In this document: positions 18,821 to 27,766 of the stretch, one piece after another
Layout of the letters: every line of letters starts with the position of its first letter
Numbering within the stretch: position 1 is the stretch's first letter
Notes under the pieces: model-generated
The model's input: the letters and a program-made list of their open reading frames with translations, nothing else
What the model was told of the DNA's origin: nothing
Database searches by the model: none
Translations under genes and position numbers: made by a program
From: Alphaproteobacteria bacterium
GTDB lineage: Bacteria > Pseudomonadota > Alphaproteobacteria > MPNO01 > UBA2964
Direction of reading: 5' to 3'
Assembly: GCA_009377375.1 (NCBI GenBank)
Contig: WHUE01000007.1
Coordinates: forward strand, 2,816-66,815
Length of the DNA: 64,000 nt

Positions 18821-20443
18821 TCACTTCGCCGCGCCGCGCACGCGGTCGAGTATCGCGCCGGGATCGTCCGGCAGCGCATCCCCGCGCCACGCCACGTGGC
18901 CGTCGGGACGGACCAGCACCAGCGCCGCCCGGTACACCGCCGTCACCTCCGGCTCGTCCAGCCTCGCGGTGGCCAGCGGAACGCCGCGCGAAGCGGCCGC
19001 ATCCTCCATCGCCGCGGTGTCGGGCACATCCTGCCCCAGCGCCAGCAGCACGAAGCCCCGCCCGAACAGGTCCAGCGTGGACCGCCCGTCGGCAAGCCGG
19101 ACATGCGGCGCGCGCGAGCCCGGCCGCGCGGTCTGCACATAGGTCGCATGATCCATCGGCGGCGGCGGCGTGCCGTCCGGCACGCAGACGGGCGAATCCT
19201 CGTAGACATAGCCCAGATGGATGCCAAGCGTGTTCCATTCGCGCGACATCGCATCGGCGAATTCCGCCCCGAGTCGCGCCCGACGTTCGGCGCCGTCCGG
19301 CGTGTCCGCGAGGAAATCCGGCGGCGGCTGGGGCGACAGCATGCGGGCGAGATTGCCGCTGGCCTCACGGACGTTGCGCATCGCCACGGGCCGGCGCTCG
19401 ACCGTATAGGAGTCCAGCAGCGCGCCGCCGCCCCACCCCGCCATCACGGCGTCCAGCTTCCACGAGAGATCGACCACGTCGCCGACGCCCGTGTTCATGC
19501 CGAATCCGCCGGTCGGCGAGGTGACATGCGCGGCGTCGCCGGCGATGAACACCCGGCCGTCCTGGTAGCGCTCCGCCACCAGCTCGCGCCGCACCCAGGG
19601 CACCACCGAAAGTATCTCGTAGTCGAAATCGCGCCCGACAGCGCGGCGGATCGCGGCGCGGATCTGCGATTCCGGCGGGGCCTCGCGCCGGGCGCCGCTG
19701 CGGATGATGGAAAAGCGCCACTGGTCGCGCCCGTCGATCGCCACCAGCGTCGCCCAGGTGCCCTCGTCCCCGATGAAGATGAAGCGGTAACCGGGCGCGA
19801 GCGGATGCAATGACTCCAGCCCCGCGCAGCGGAAGATAACATTGGTCGTGTAGGTCAGGGCGGGATCGCCCTCCATGCCGATGCCGAGTCGTTCGCGGAC
19901 CAGGCTCCCCGCGCCGTCGCAGCCGACCAGACAGGCGGCGCGCATCGTCGTCTCTCCGCCCGCCGCCTCGTCCGCCACGGTCGCAGCGACCCCGTCGGCG
20001 TCCTGCTCGAACGCCACCAGGCGGCGGCGATAGAGGAGATCGACACAGTCATGCGAGGCCGCGAAATCGCGCAGGACCGGATCGAACATGTTCTGCGGGC
20101 AGCGCTCGCGCTTCTGCGGGCTCTGCGGCGGCGGGCGGGCGTCGTCCATCGCGGGAACGGGGTGACGGCCGATCTCCCACCCACCGGACAGCGAGCCGGC
20201 GATATAGACGTTGTCCTGCGGGTAGTCGCGCGGATACGGGCTGGCCTCCACCGCGCCGACGATGCCCCAGCGGCGGCAGAACTCCATGGTGCGGATGCCG
20301 ACCAGGTCCTGCCTCGGCTGGAAGATGGCGCCGTCCGACTGCTCGATCACCGTGCAGGCGACGCCGCGCCAGCCGAGATCGCCGGCCAGCGCCAGCCCGA
20401 CCGGCCCCGCGCCAACGATGAGGACCGGCGTTTCCTGCGGCAT
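18821..20443 (-). CDS. FAD-dependent aromatic monooxygenase (group A)
   Basis: VLIVGAGPVG, LVGCDGAGS, FIAGDAAH...PTGGFGMNTG, RPGSRAPH, LVRPDGHVAWR. Confidence 0.9.
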   Translation of the reverse strand: MPQETPVLIVGAGPVGLALAGDLGWRGVACTVIEQSDGAIFQPRQDLVGIRTMEFCRRWGIVGAVEASPYPRDYPQDNVYIAGSLSGGWEIGRHPVPAMDDARPPPQSPQKRERCPQNMFDPVLRDFAASHDCVDLLYRRRLVAFEQDADGVAATVADEAAGGETTMRAACLVGCDGAGSLVRERLGIGMEGDPALTYTTNVIFRCAGLESLHPLAPGYRFIFIGDEGTWATLVAIDGRDQWRFSIIRSGARREAPPESQIRAAIRRAVGRDFDYEILSVVPWVRRELVAERYQDGRVFIAGDAAHVTSPTGGFGMNTGVGDVVDLSWKLDAVMAGWGGGALLDSYTVERRPVAMRNVREASGNLARMLSPQPPPDFLADTPDGAERRARLGAEFADAMSREWNTLGIHLGYVYEDSPVCVPDGTPPPPMDHATYVQTARPGSRAPHVRLADGRSTLDLFGRGFVLLALGQDVPDTAAMEDAAASRGVPLATARLDEPEVTAVYRAALVLVRPDGHVAWRGDALPDDPGAILDRVRGAAK

Positions 20444-20447
20444 CCTT

Positions 20448-21680
20448 CTAGCGGACGAAGTCCGCGCTGACGCTGTCCTGGGTCGCGAACTCGCGCTGCG
20501 GGATGGCTTTCGACTTCTCCCACGCTTCGGCGGGGGTCGTGCTCGCCTCCAGCGCCTTCAGCCGGGGCAAAACCTCCTCGGCGTAGAGCTTCATCGAGCG
20601 CAAGGTGTCCTTCTCGCCCAGGAACCCGGCCTGGCCCATCATCAGCATGTTGCCGAACCCGCCGGAATACTCCCAGAACTCCCTGATCTGCTCGTAAACC
20701 TGGTCCGGCGTGCCGAAGAAGACGTTGCCCCGCTCCCTCTGGTCGTCCAGCGTCACCTCCAGGGGGATGCCGCTGCCGATGCGCCGGCCCGACAGCACCC
20801 GGGCCGCGATGGAGGGCGGGAAATAGCCCGGCGGGCTGGCCCAGTGCGGCGGCACCTTGTTGGCGGTCATGTACCACAGCAGCTTCTGGGCGCCCTCGCG
20901 CGCCGTCGCCTCGGTGTCGCCGACATAGATCAGCGCCAGATAGCCGAGCCGGTCGAACGGCGCATGCTCGCCGTGCATCTCCAGATAGGCCTCGCGATAA
21001 CCGTCGAACAGTTCGCGGATGCGCGAATAGCCGGCGAGGAACACCGCGCCGACATGGCGGTGCTTCGCTACCATGTGCCCGCTGCCGCGGCTGCCCATCG
21101 TGACCCAGACGGGCGGGTGCGGCTGCTGGTAGGGGCGCGGCCACACGTTGACCTGGCGGCCGTGGAACCAGCGCCCCTCGAAGTTGAACGGCCCGTCATG
21201 GGTGGTCCAGCACTTCATGATCAGGTCATGCGCTTCCCAGACGCGCTCGGTGCCGCGATAGGGAATCATGTTCGCCGGCGCGGCCTCGTAGGGCACGCCG
21301 CGGACGAAGCCGCATTCGAGCCGTCCCTTGGAGATGACGTCGATCATCGCCATCTCCTCCGCCACGCGGATCGGCTGGCGGCGGTTGCCGATCGGGTTGC
21401 CGAGGATCAGAAGGCGCGCCTTCTTGGTCTCGCGCGCGAGGATCGCCAGCATCAGCGGCGCGGCCGGCACCATGCAGGTCGCCGTCTGATGGTGCTCGTT
21501 GTTCATGATGTCGAGCCCCATCTCGTCCGCGTGTCCCCACAGGTCGAGATACCAGTTATAGAGCTCGTGCCCGCGTACCGGATCGAAATGGGAGCTGGGC
21601 AGGTCGACGCGGATGGACTCGTAGCTGTCCGCGTTCGGCAGGTCGGGATAGCAGTCCTCTGTAAACCAGAACGTTCTCAT
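20448..21680 (-). CDS. Luciferase-like (LLM) flavin-dependent oxidoreductase
   Basis: NEHHQT, RVAEEMAMIDVISKGRL..GFVRG, PRPYQQPHPPVW. Confidence 0.88.
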   Translation of the reverse strand: MRTFWFTEDCYPDLPNADSYESIRVDLPSSHFDPVRGHELYNWYLDLWGHADEMGLDIMNNEHHQTATCMVPAAPLMLAILARETKKARLLILGNPIGNRRQPIRVAEEMAMIDVISKGRLECGFVRGVPYEAAPANMIPYRGTERVWEAHDLIMKCWTTHDGPFNFEGRWFHGRQVNVWPRPYQQPHPPVWVTMGSRGSGHMVAKHRHVGAVFLAGYSRIRELFDGYREAYLEMHGEHAPFDRLGYLALIYVGDTEATAREGAQKLLWYMTANKVPPHWASPPGYFPPSIAARVLSGRRIGSGIPLEVTLDDQRERGNVFFGTPDQVYEQIREFWEYSGGFGNMLMMGQAGFLGEKDTLRSMKLYAEEVLPRLKALEASTTPAEAWEKSKAIPQREFATQDSVSADFVR

Positions 21681-21689
21681 GGCGGTCCT

Positions 21690-22469
21690 CTACGCGGCGA
21701 AGTCGAGCACGGCCTTGACGAAGGCCTCCGGCTGTTCGGCCTGGGGGGAATGCCCGGCTTCGGGAATGGCGACGAATTTCGCGCCCGGGATGAGCGCGGC
21801 GTATTTGCGGCCGTAATCGGGCGTCACCACCCGGTCGCTCTCGCCCCAGAGCACCAGCGTCGGCGCCGTGATCCGGTGCAGCCGGTGCGGCAGCTTCGGG
21901 TTGTGCAGATACGGCTCCCAGCCGTAGAGCGCGAGCGCGATGCGGTTGCCGGCCATCGTCTCCAGCGCCTTTTCGTCCTGGGCGGTCGGGTCCGGCGCCT
22001 TCGCGAGGTCGTGCCACATCAGCCGGGCCAGCGCGGGGCCGGGCATGCCGAAGATGTCGGCAATGTCGCGGTCGGTCGGCCCGCCATGCTTGACGCCGAC
22101 GGCGTCGACCAGCACCAGCTTCGAGAACGGCGCCCCCGGCAGCACGGCGAGCTCCGCCGCCAGCCAGCCGCCGAGCGAGACGCCGACCGCCAACGCATCC
22201 CGCAGTCCCAGCGCGTCCAGCAGGTCCAGATAGGTGAACACCAGGTCCGGCATGCCGTCGTAATGCTTCGGAATGGGCGTGCCGGCGAATCCGGGATGGA
22301 CCGGCGCGACGATTTCGAACCGTTCCGCCAGCGCGTCGGCGAAGGGCAGAGCCTCCATCGGCCCGCCTCCGCCGTGGAGCAGCAGCAGCGGCGGCCCCTC
22401 CCCCTTGCGCGTTATCTTCAGCTCGACGCCGTGGAGATCGACGGTTTCCGTCCTGTCCTTGTTTGCCAT
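21690..22469 (-). CDS. Alpha/beta-fold hydrolase
   Basis: LLLLHGGGG, GVSLGG nucleophile elbow, LWGESD, AGHSP. Confidence 0.88.
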   Translation of the reverse strand: MANKDRTETVDLHGVELKITRKGEGPPLLLLHGGGGPMEALPFADALAERFEIVAPVHPGFAGTPIPKHYDGMPDLVFTYLDLLDALGLRDALAVGVSLGGWLAAELAVLPGAPFSKLVLVDAVGVKHGGPTDRDIADIFGMPGPALARLMWHDLAKAPDPTAQDEKALETMAGNRIALALYGWEPYLHNPKLPHRLHRITAPTLVLWGESDRVVTPDYGRKYAALIPGAKFVAIPEAGHSPQAEQPEAFVKAVLDFAA

Positions 22470-22624
22470 TGTCCCTGTCTGCCGGTCCGGTCTGTTGCGG
22501 TATCCGGCAGACTATACCCGCACAGTCTGTGCGTAAAACCGCCGGAGGGGTTTTTTCAAGAGCACGCCCCGCCCGGCGCGTCGCGCCCCCTCGACGACCC
22601 GGCGCGAATTTGTTAGACCGTGCC

Positions 22625-22822
22625 TGCCGACGGTCCCCGCAGGGGGCTAACAGGGAATTCCGGTGCGTCGGCGGACCATGCTCGTCCGCCTGCAAGTCCG
22701 GAGCTGTTCCCGCAACTGTAAGCGGTAAAAAGGGGCTCATGCAGCCACTGGTTCCACGAGCGCGTCGTGGTCCGGGAAGGCGAGCCAACCACCTTCCGCA
22801 AGCCAGGAGACCTGCCGTCGGA
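22625..22822 (+). ncRNA. Cobalamin (AdoCbl) riboswitch upstream of metE
   Basis: Conserved blocks in order: ACAGGGAA, CCGGTG, AAGTCCGG, CCCGCAACTGTAA, GCCACTG, GGGAAGG, AAGCCAGGAGACCTGCC. Confidence 0.93.
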
Positions 22823-22866
22823 TTGTTGATCCCAGAGAGCCGACCGGGATGTGTCGGCGGAGGTAT

Positions 22867-22956
22867 ATGATGACGACCCTACCACCCACCGGGCATCCGT
22901 CCCGGCCCCTCTCCCGACACATGACGGCACAACGGGAGCAGCGACCGGACCGCTGA
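22867..22956 (+). CDS. Putative 29-aa leader peptide
   Basis: GGAGG RBS then ATG; MMTTLPPTGHPSRPLSRHMTAQREQRPDR*; stop lies 1 nt before the next ATG. Confidence 0.3.
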   Translation: MMTTLPPTGHPSRPLSRHMTAQREQRPDR

Positions 22957-22957
22957 C

Positions 22958-23281
22958 ATGGCCCGACCGCGCCGGTGGCGGCGGTCGGACAGCCAGTCAT
23001 GTCCCGAGACGTCCCCGCAGGGGCCGCTGCGCCTGCGCCTCTCGCCTCGTGACGATCCCGGCCGGCTCCTGGAGATCACGTTCCTCGACGGAGCCGGGAC
23101 GGACGACCCGGAAACGGTCGTCCTCGCATGGCTCGCCATCCTTCCGAACGGCCTCGACCCACCGGACGCCGCGCGCCGGCTCCATCGCCGGCTGACGACG
23201 CTCGCACCCGAGCGACTCACGCCGCAACAGATGCGGCTGCTCTCGCTCCTCGACCTGATCGCGGCGCATCGCCGGGCATGA
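22958..23281 (+). CDS. Small hypothetical protein between the B12 riboswitch and metE
   Basis: 107-aa ORF that fills the gap; C-terminal two-thirds look protein-like (LLEITFLDG...VVLAWLAILP...LLSLLDLIAA). Confidence 0.55.
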   Translation: MARPRRWRRSDSQSCPETSPQGPLRLRLSPRDDPGRLLEITFLDGAGTDDPETVVLAWLAILPNGLDPPDAARRLHRRLTTLAPERLTPQQMRLLSLLDLIAAHRRA

Positions 23282-23328
23282 TCCGGCGCATCGCCATCTG
23301 AACTGAACTGAAAAGGAGGACTGAACGA

Positions 23329-25602
23329 ATGACCCAATCAGCCAATCTCGGATATCCGAGGATCGGCCGACGCCGCGAACTGAAGAAGGTGACCGAGGCC
23401 TACTGGAAGGGCGACGTCGACGCCATTTCGCTGCTCGACGCCGCCGCCGGGCTCCGCGCCCGCCACTGGCGGACGCAGAAGGATGCCGGGATCGGCATCG
23501 TCCCGTCCAACGACTTCTCGTTCTACGACCAGGTCCTGGATATGACCGCCATTCTCGGCGCCGTGCCGACGCGGTTCGGGCACGAGGGCGGCAGGGTCGC
23601 GCTCGATACCTATTTCGGGATGGCGCGCGGCACGCCGGACGCGTCGGCGATGGAAATGACCAAGTGGTTCGACACGAACTACCACTACATCGTGCCGGAG
23701 ATCGGGCCGGACCAGCGCTTTTCGCTGTCGTCGCTGAAGCCGGTGGAGGAATTCCGCGAAGCGCAGGCGCTCGGCATCCATACGCGTCCGGTTCTCATCG
23801 GTCCGGTAACCTACCTGCTGCTTGCCAAGCCGACGGAGGCCGGGTTCGAGCCGCTCGCGCTGCTCGACCGGGTCCTCCCGCTCTACGCGGAGCTCCTCGC
23901 GCGGCTCTCCGTGGCCGGGGCCGACTGGGTGCAGATGGACGAGCCGGCGCTCGCGCTCGACCTCACCGACGACCGGTGCGCCGCCTTCGACGCCGCATAC
24001 CGGTCGCTGTCGACGGCCACGCCCAGGATCATGCTGACCACCTATTTCGGCGCGCTCGGCGACAACCTGGAGACCGCTGCGGGGCTGCCGGTGGACGGGC
24101 TGCATGTGGACCTTGTCCGCGCGCCGGGTCAGCTCGAGGCGGCGCTCCACGCCCTTCCGGCCGACCGGGTCCTTTCGCTGGGCGTCGTCGACGGGCGGAA
24201 CGTGTGGCGATGCAATCTTTCCGGAGCGTTCGAACGCATCGAACAGGCGATCGCCGCGCGCGGTCCCGAAAGGCTCCAGATCGCGCCATCCTGCTCGCTC
24301 CTTCACGTCCCGCAGGACCTCGGAAGCGAGACCGGACTCGACGACGAGCTTAGATCCTGGCTCGCCTTCGCCGATCAGAAGCTGGCGGAGGTGGCCGCGC
24401 TCGCGACGGCCGCGACCGCGGGCAAGGACACGGTCGCCGATGCATTCGAGGCGAGCGACGCGGCGGTCGGCTCACGCGCGCAGTCCCCCCGCATCCATAA
24501 CCCGGCGGTCAAGGCGCGTACCGCCCGCGTTTCGGACGAGGCCATGAACAGGGCGAGCCCATTCCGGCTCCGCCGCGCGCGGCAGCAGGCAGCGACCCCC
24601 CTTCCCGCCTTTCCGACCACGACGATCGGCTCGTTTCCCCAGACGGCGGAGGTCCGCAAGGCGAGGGCGGCGCACCGGCGGGGCAGGCTGGACGCGGCGG
24701 CGTACGAGGCTTTTCTCAGAACAGAGACGGAAAAGGCGGTCAGGCTTCAGGAGAAGCTCGAAATAGACGTGCTCGTCCATGGCGAGTTCGAACGTAACGA
24801 TATGGTGGAGTATTTCGGCGAACAGCTCGATGGCTTCGCCTTCACCGAACACGGCTGGGTGCAGTCGTTCGGGTCGCGCTACGTGAAGCCGCCGATCATC
24901 TTCGGCGACGTATCGAGGCCGAAGCCGATGACGACCGCCTGGTCCGCCTACGCCCAGTCCCTCACCGAACGACCAATGAAAGGTATGCTGACCGGGCCGG
25001 TGACAATCCTGCAATGGTCGTTCGTCCGCGACGATCAGGCGCGGTCGGAAACCTGCAGGCAGATCGCGCTCGCCATACGCGACGAGGTCGTCGACCTGGA
25101 GCGCTGCGGCATCCGCTTCATCCAGATCGACGAGCCCGCCCTCCGCGAGGGCCTGCCGTTGCGACGCGACGAACGGGACGACTACCTCGGCTGGGCCGTC
25201 GGATGCTTCCGCCTCGCCGCCGCCGGGGCCGCCGACGAGACGCAGATTCACACGCATATGTGCTACTGCGAGTTCAACGACATCATGCCGTCCATAGCCG
25301 CGCTCGATGCCGACGTGATCTCGATCGAGACTTCCCGATCGCACATGGAACTGCTCGACGCCTTTATCGGCTTCAGCTATCCGAACGACATCGGACCGGG
25401 GGTTTACGACATTCATTCGCCCCGATGTCCAGACGCAGACGAGATGGCGGCACTGATCGACAAGGCGACCGAACGGCTCCAGCCCGACCAGATCTGGGTG
25501 AACCCGGATTGCGGCCTCAAGACCCGAAGTTGGGCGGAGGTCGTTCCGGCCCTTGAGAACATGGTGGAGGCGGCCAGGCGGCAACGGGCCCGCCGCTCCT
25601 GA
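23329..25602 (+). CDS. metE: Cobalamin-independent methionine synthase
   Basis: LGYPRIG, KWFDTNYHY, TTTIGSFPQT, HGEFERNDMVEYF, HTHMC, NPDCGLKTR. Confidence 0.97.
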   Translation: MTQSANLGYPRIGRRRELKKVTEAYWKGDVDAISLLDAAAGLRARHWRTQKDAGIGIVPSNDFSFYDQVLDMTAILGAVPTRFGHEGGRVALDTYFGMARGTPDASAMEMTKWFDTNYHYIVPEIGPDQRFSLSSLKPVEEFREAQALGIHTRPVLIGPVTYLLLAKPTEAGFEPLALLDRVLPLYAELLARLSVAGADWVQMDEPALALDLTDDRCAAFDAAYRSLSTATPRIMLTTYFGALGDNLETAAGLPVDGLHVDLVRAPGQLEAALHALPADRVLSLGVVDGRNVWRCNLSGAFERIEQAIAARGPERLQIAPSCSLLHVPQDLGSETGLDDELRSWLAFADQKLAEVAALATAATAGKDTVADAFEASDAAVGSRAQSPRIHNPAVKARTARVSDEAMNRASPFRLRRARQQAATPLPAFPTTTIGSFPQTAEVRKARAAHRRGRLDAAAYEAFLRTETEKAVRLQEKLEIDVLVHGEFERNDMVEYFGEQLDGFAFTEHGWVQSFGSRYVKPPIIFGDVSRPKPMTTAWSAYAQSLTERPMKGMLTGPVTILQWSFVRDDQARSETCRQIALAIRDEVVDLERCGIRFIQIDEPALREGLPLRRDERDDYLGWAVGCFRLAAAGAADETQIHTHMCYCEFNDIMPSIAALDADVISIETSRSHMELLDAFIGFSYPNDIGPGVYDIHSPRCPDADEMAALIDKATERLQPDQIWVNPDCGLKTRSWAEVVPALENMVEAARRQRARRS

Positions 25603-25656
25603 CCACGCCCGGCAGGTGCGCAAAGACGGTGGCGGAAACGGAGCCGGAGCGCGGCT

Positions 25657-26061
25657 TCAGCCCTCCTCCGCCACCGTCTCGTACTCGGCCGGCATGGTAA
25701 GTTCCAGCAGCTCGTAATCGTCGGAGTAGTACATCACGTTGTGCTTGATGCAGGGCGGCTGGATCCAGCAGTCTCCAGCCTCGAACTCCACCTCGCCATG
25801 GCCCTCGAACCAGACCCGCGAGCGGCCCTTGAGCACGAATACCATCTGGAACTCCAGGTCGTGATAGTGCGGACCGCTGCCCCCCTCCGGGCACGGCCGG
25901 GTGGTGCGGATGATCTGGGCATGGACCGCCCCCTTGGTCGCTTCGGCGATGCCGAGATCGCGATAGGCGCGGTATACCCGCAACCCGCCGTCCACGAACG
26001 GGTTTTCGCTGATCCTGTTGACCATGAATGTAGACGGAATTTTCGTGGTCGTGGTATCCAT
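25657..26061 (-). CDS. Cupin-domain protein
   Basis: PHYHDLEFQMVFVLKG...QPPCIKHNV metal-binding cupin pattern; start re-picked at 26061. Confidence 0.82.
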   Translation of the reverse strand: MDTTTTKIPSTFMVNRISENPFVDGGLRVYRAYRDLGIAEATKGAVHAQIIRTTRPCPEGGSGPHYHDLEFQMVFVLKGRSRVWFEGHGEVEFEAGDCWIQPPCIKHNVMYYSDDYELLELTMPAEYETVAEEG

Positions 26062-26233
26062 GTCCCTGCTCCTCCCTGAGTATTGGACGCCCTTTCGGAC
26101 TATGGCGCAGCACGGACGGCGCGAAAACGACTTTCGCCCGGCCGGGCCGCTTGAATTCGACATGCCGGCGCGCCAAATCGGTATGAGTCCGGCCGCCCCA
26201 TGGTTGCCGTTTCGACGTTCAAACCGGATTATT

Positions 26234-27766
26234 GTGATCGAGAAAGACTTCCTGGCCGAGCGCCGAGACTTGCTCCTTTGGCCGCTCGCCGCCGCATTGC
26301 TCTCCGCGGCGGCGCCTTTGCGCGCCGCGGAGCCGGTGGAAGGCACCCCTTTTTCCCGGCGCACGGTGCCGGACCTCGCCCGGACGCTGGCGGCGAGGGC
26401 ATTCCGCCCGCCTGCAGCGGTGCCGGACGAACTGAAGAAGCTGACCCGCGAACAGTACCGCAGCATTCAGTACCGCAAGGACCTCGCCGTCTGGGGCCGC
26501 GCGCCGACCCGCTTTTCCATCGAGATGCTGGCGCCGGGATTTCTTTACCGCGACCTGGTCGAAGTCGACGTGGTGGAGAACGGCCGCGCACGGCCGCTGA
26601 GCGGCGACCAGTCCTCGTTCAAGGCGCCGTCGGAGGCGATTGCAAAGCTGCTGGCCCAGGCGGGTAGGTTCGCGGGGTTCCGCCTGAACTATCCGCTGAA
26701 ACGGAAGGACACCGCCGACGAGTTCCTGACATTCCAGGGCGCCAGCTATTTCCGCGGTCACTCCCGCGGGCAGCGATACGGCCTTTCGGCGCGCGGGCTG
26801 GCCGTCGATGTCGCGGAGCCGGGCGGCGAGGAAAAGCCGCTGTTCCGGCATTTCTGGATAGAGCGGCCGCCCGCGGGAGCGGACAACATCGTCGTCCATG
26901 CGCTGCTGGACAGCCGGCGTGTGGCCGGCGCCTTCCGTTTCGGCATCTATCCCGGAAAACCGCTGACCATGGACGTCGAGACCGAGCTGTATCCGCGCAC
27001 GGCGCTGCGTCATGTCGGGCTGGCGCCGCTGACATCCATGTTCCTGTTCGGACCGATGGACCGGGACGGCATCCAGGATTACCGCCCCGCGGTTCATAAC
27101 TCGCACGGGCTGGCCATGATCAACGGCCAGGGCGAACGGATCTGGCGGCCGGTCAGCAATCCGACGACGCTGCAGATCAGCCAGTTCATGGACAAAAGCC
27201 CCAAGGGCTTCGGCCTCGTGCAGCGCGACCGCAATTTCAGCCGCTATCAGGACCTGGAGGCCCGCTTCGACCGGCGCCCGTCCGCCTGGATCGAGCCGCG
27301 CGGAGACTGGGGGCCCGGCCATATCCAGCTGGTCGAGATTCCGTCCCGGTCGCAGGGAAACGACAACATCGTCGCCTACTGGCGGCCGCGCGACGGGTTG
27401 AAGACCGGACAGCCCTTCACCTATGCCTACAGGCTCACATGGCCGGACGACGCGCCGGCGGCGGGGCCGCTCGCGCGCGTCGTCTACTCCGCCTATTCAC
27501 GCGCAGCGGAGACGGAGAACAGGCGGGTCGTCATCGACTACGCCGGCGACGCGATGCGGCCCGGAACGAAGCCGGAGATCGAGGCATCGGTCAGTCCCGG
27601 CCAGCTCGTCCGCAAGACGGTCCGCGACAACCCCCAGACCGGCGGCGTGCGGATATTCATCACATTTAACACCGGCGATGCGAAATCGGCGGAGTTGCGC
27701 GTGCAACCAAAAATGAACGGAGAGGCGCTTGGCGAAACCTGGCTCTATCGTTGGACGGCTGAATAA
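26234..27766 (+). CDS. opgG: Periplasmic glucan biosynthesis protein, OpgG/OpgD (MdoG/D) family
   Basis: FQGASYFR, YGLSARGLAVD, APLTSMFLFG, AVHNSHGL, GFGLVQR, NDNIVAYW; Tat-like ERRDLL signal; GTG start inferred; OpgG versus OpgD not resolved. Confidence 0.88.
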   Translation: MIEKDFLAERRDLLLWPLAAALLSAAAPLRAAEPVEGTPFSRRTVPDLARTLAARAFRPPAAVPDELKKLTREQYRSIQYRKDLAVWGRAPTRFSIEMLAPGFLYRDLVEVDVVENGRARPLSGDQSSFKAPSEAIAKLLAQAGRFAGFRLNYPLKRKDTADEFLTFQGASYFRGHSRGQRYGLSARGLAVDVAEPGGEEKPLFRHFWIERPPAGADNIVVHALLDSRRVAGAFRFGIYPGKPLTMDVETELYPRTALRHVGLAPLTSMFLFGPMDRDGIQDYRPAVHNSHGLAMINGQGERIWRPVSNPTTLQISQFMDKSPKGFGLVQRDRNFSRYQDLEARFDRRPSAWIEPRGDWGPGHIQLVEIPSRSQGNDNIVAYWRPRDGLKTGQPFTYAYRLTWPDDAPAAGPLARVVYSAYSRAAETENRRVVIDYAGDAMRPGTKPEIEASVSPGQLVRKTVRDNPQTGGVRIFITFNTGDAKSAELRVQPKMNGEALGETWLYRWTAE

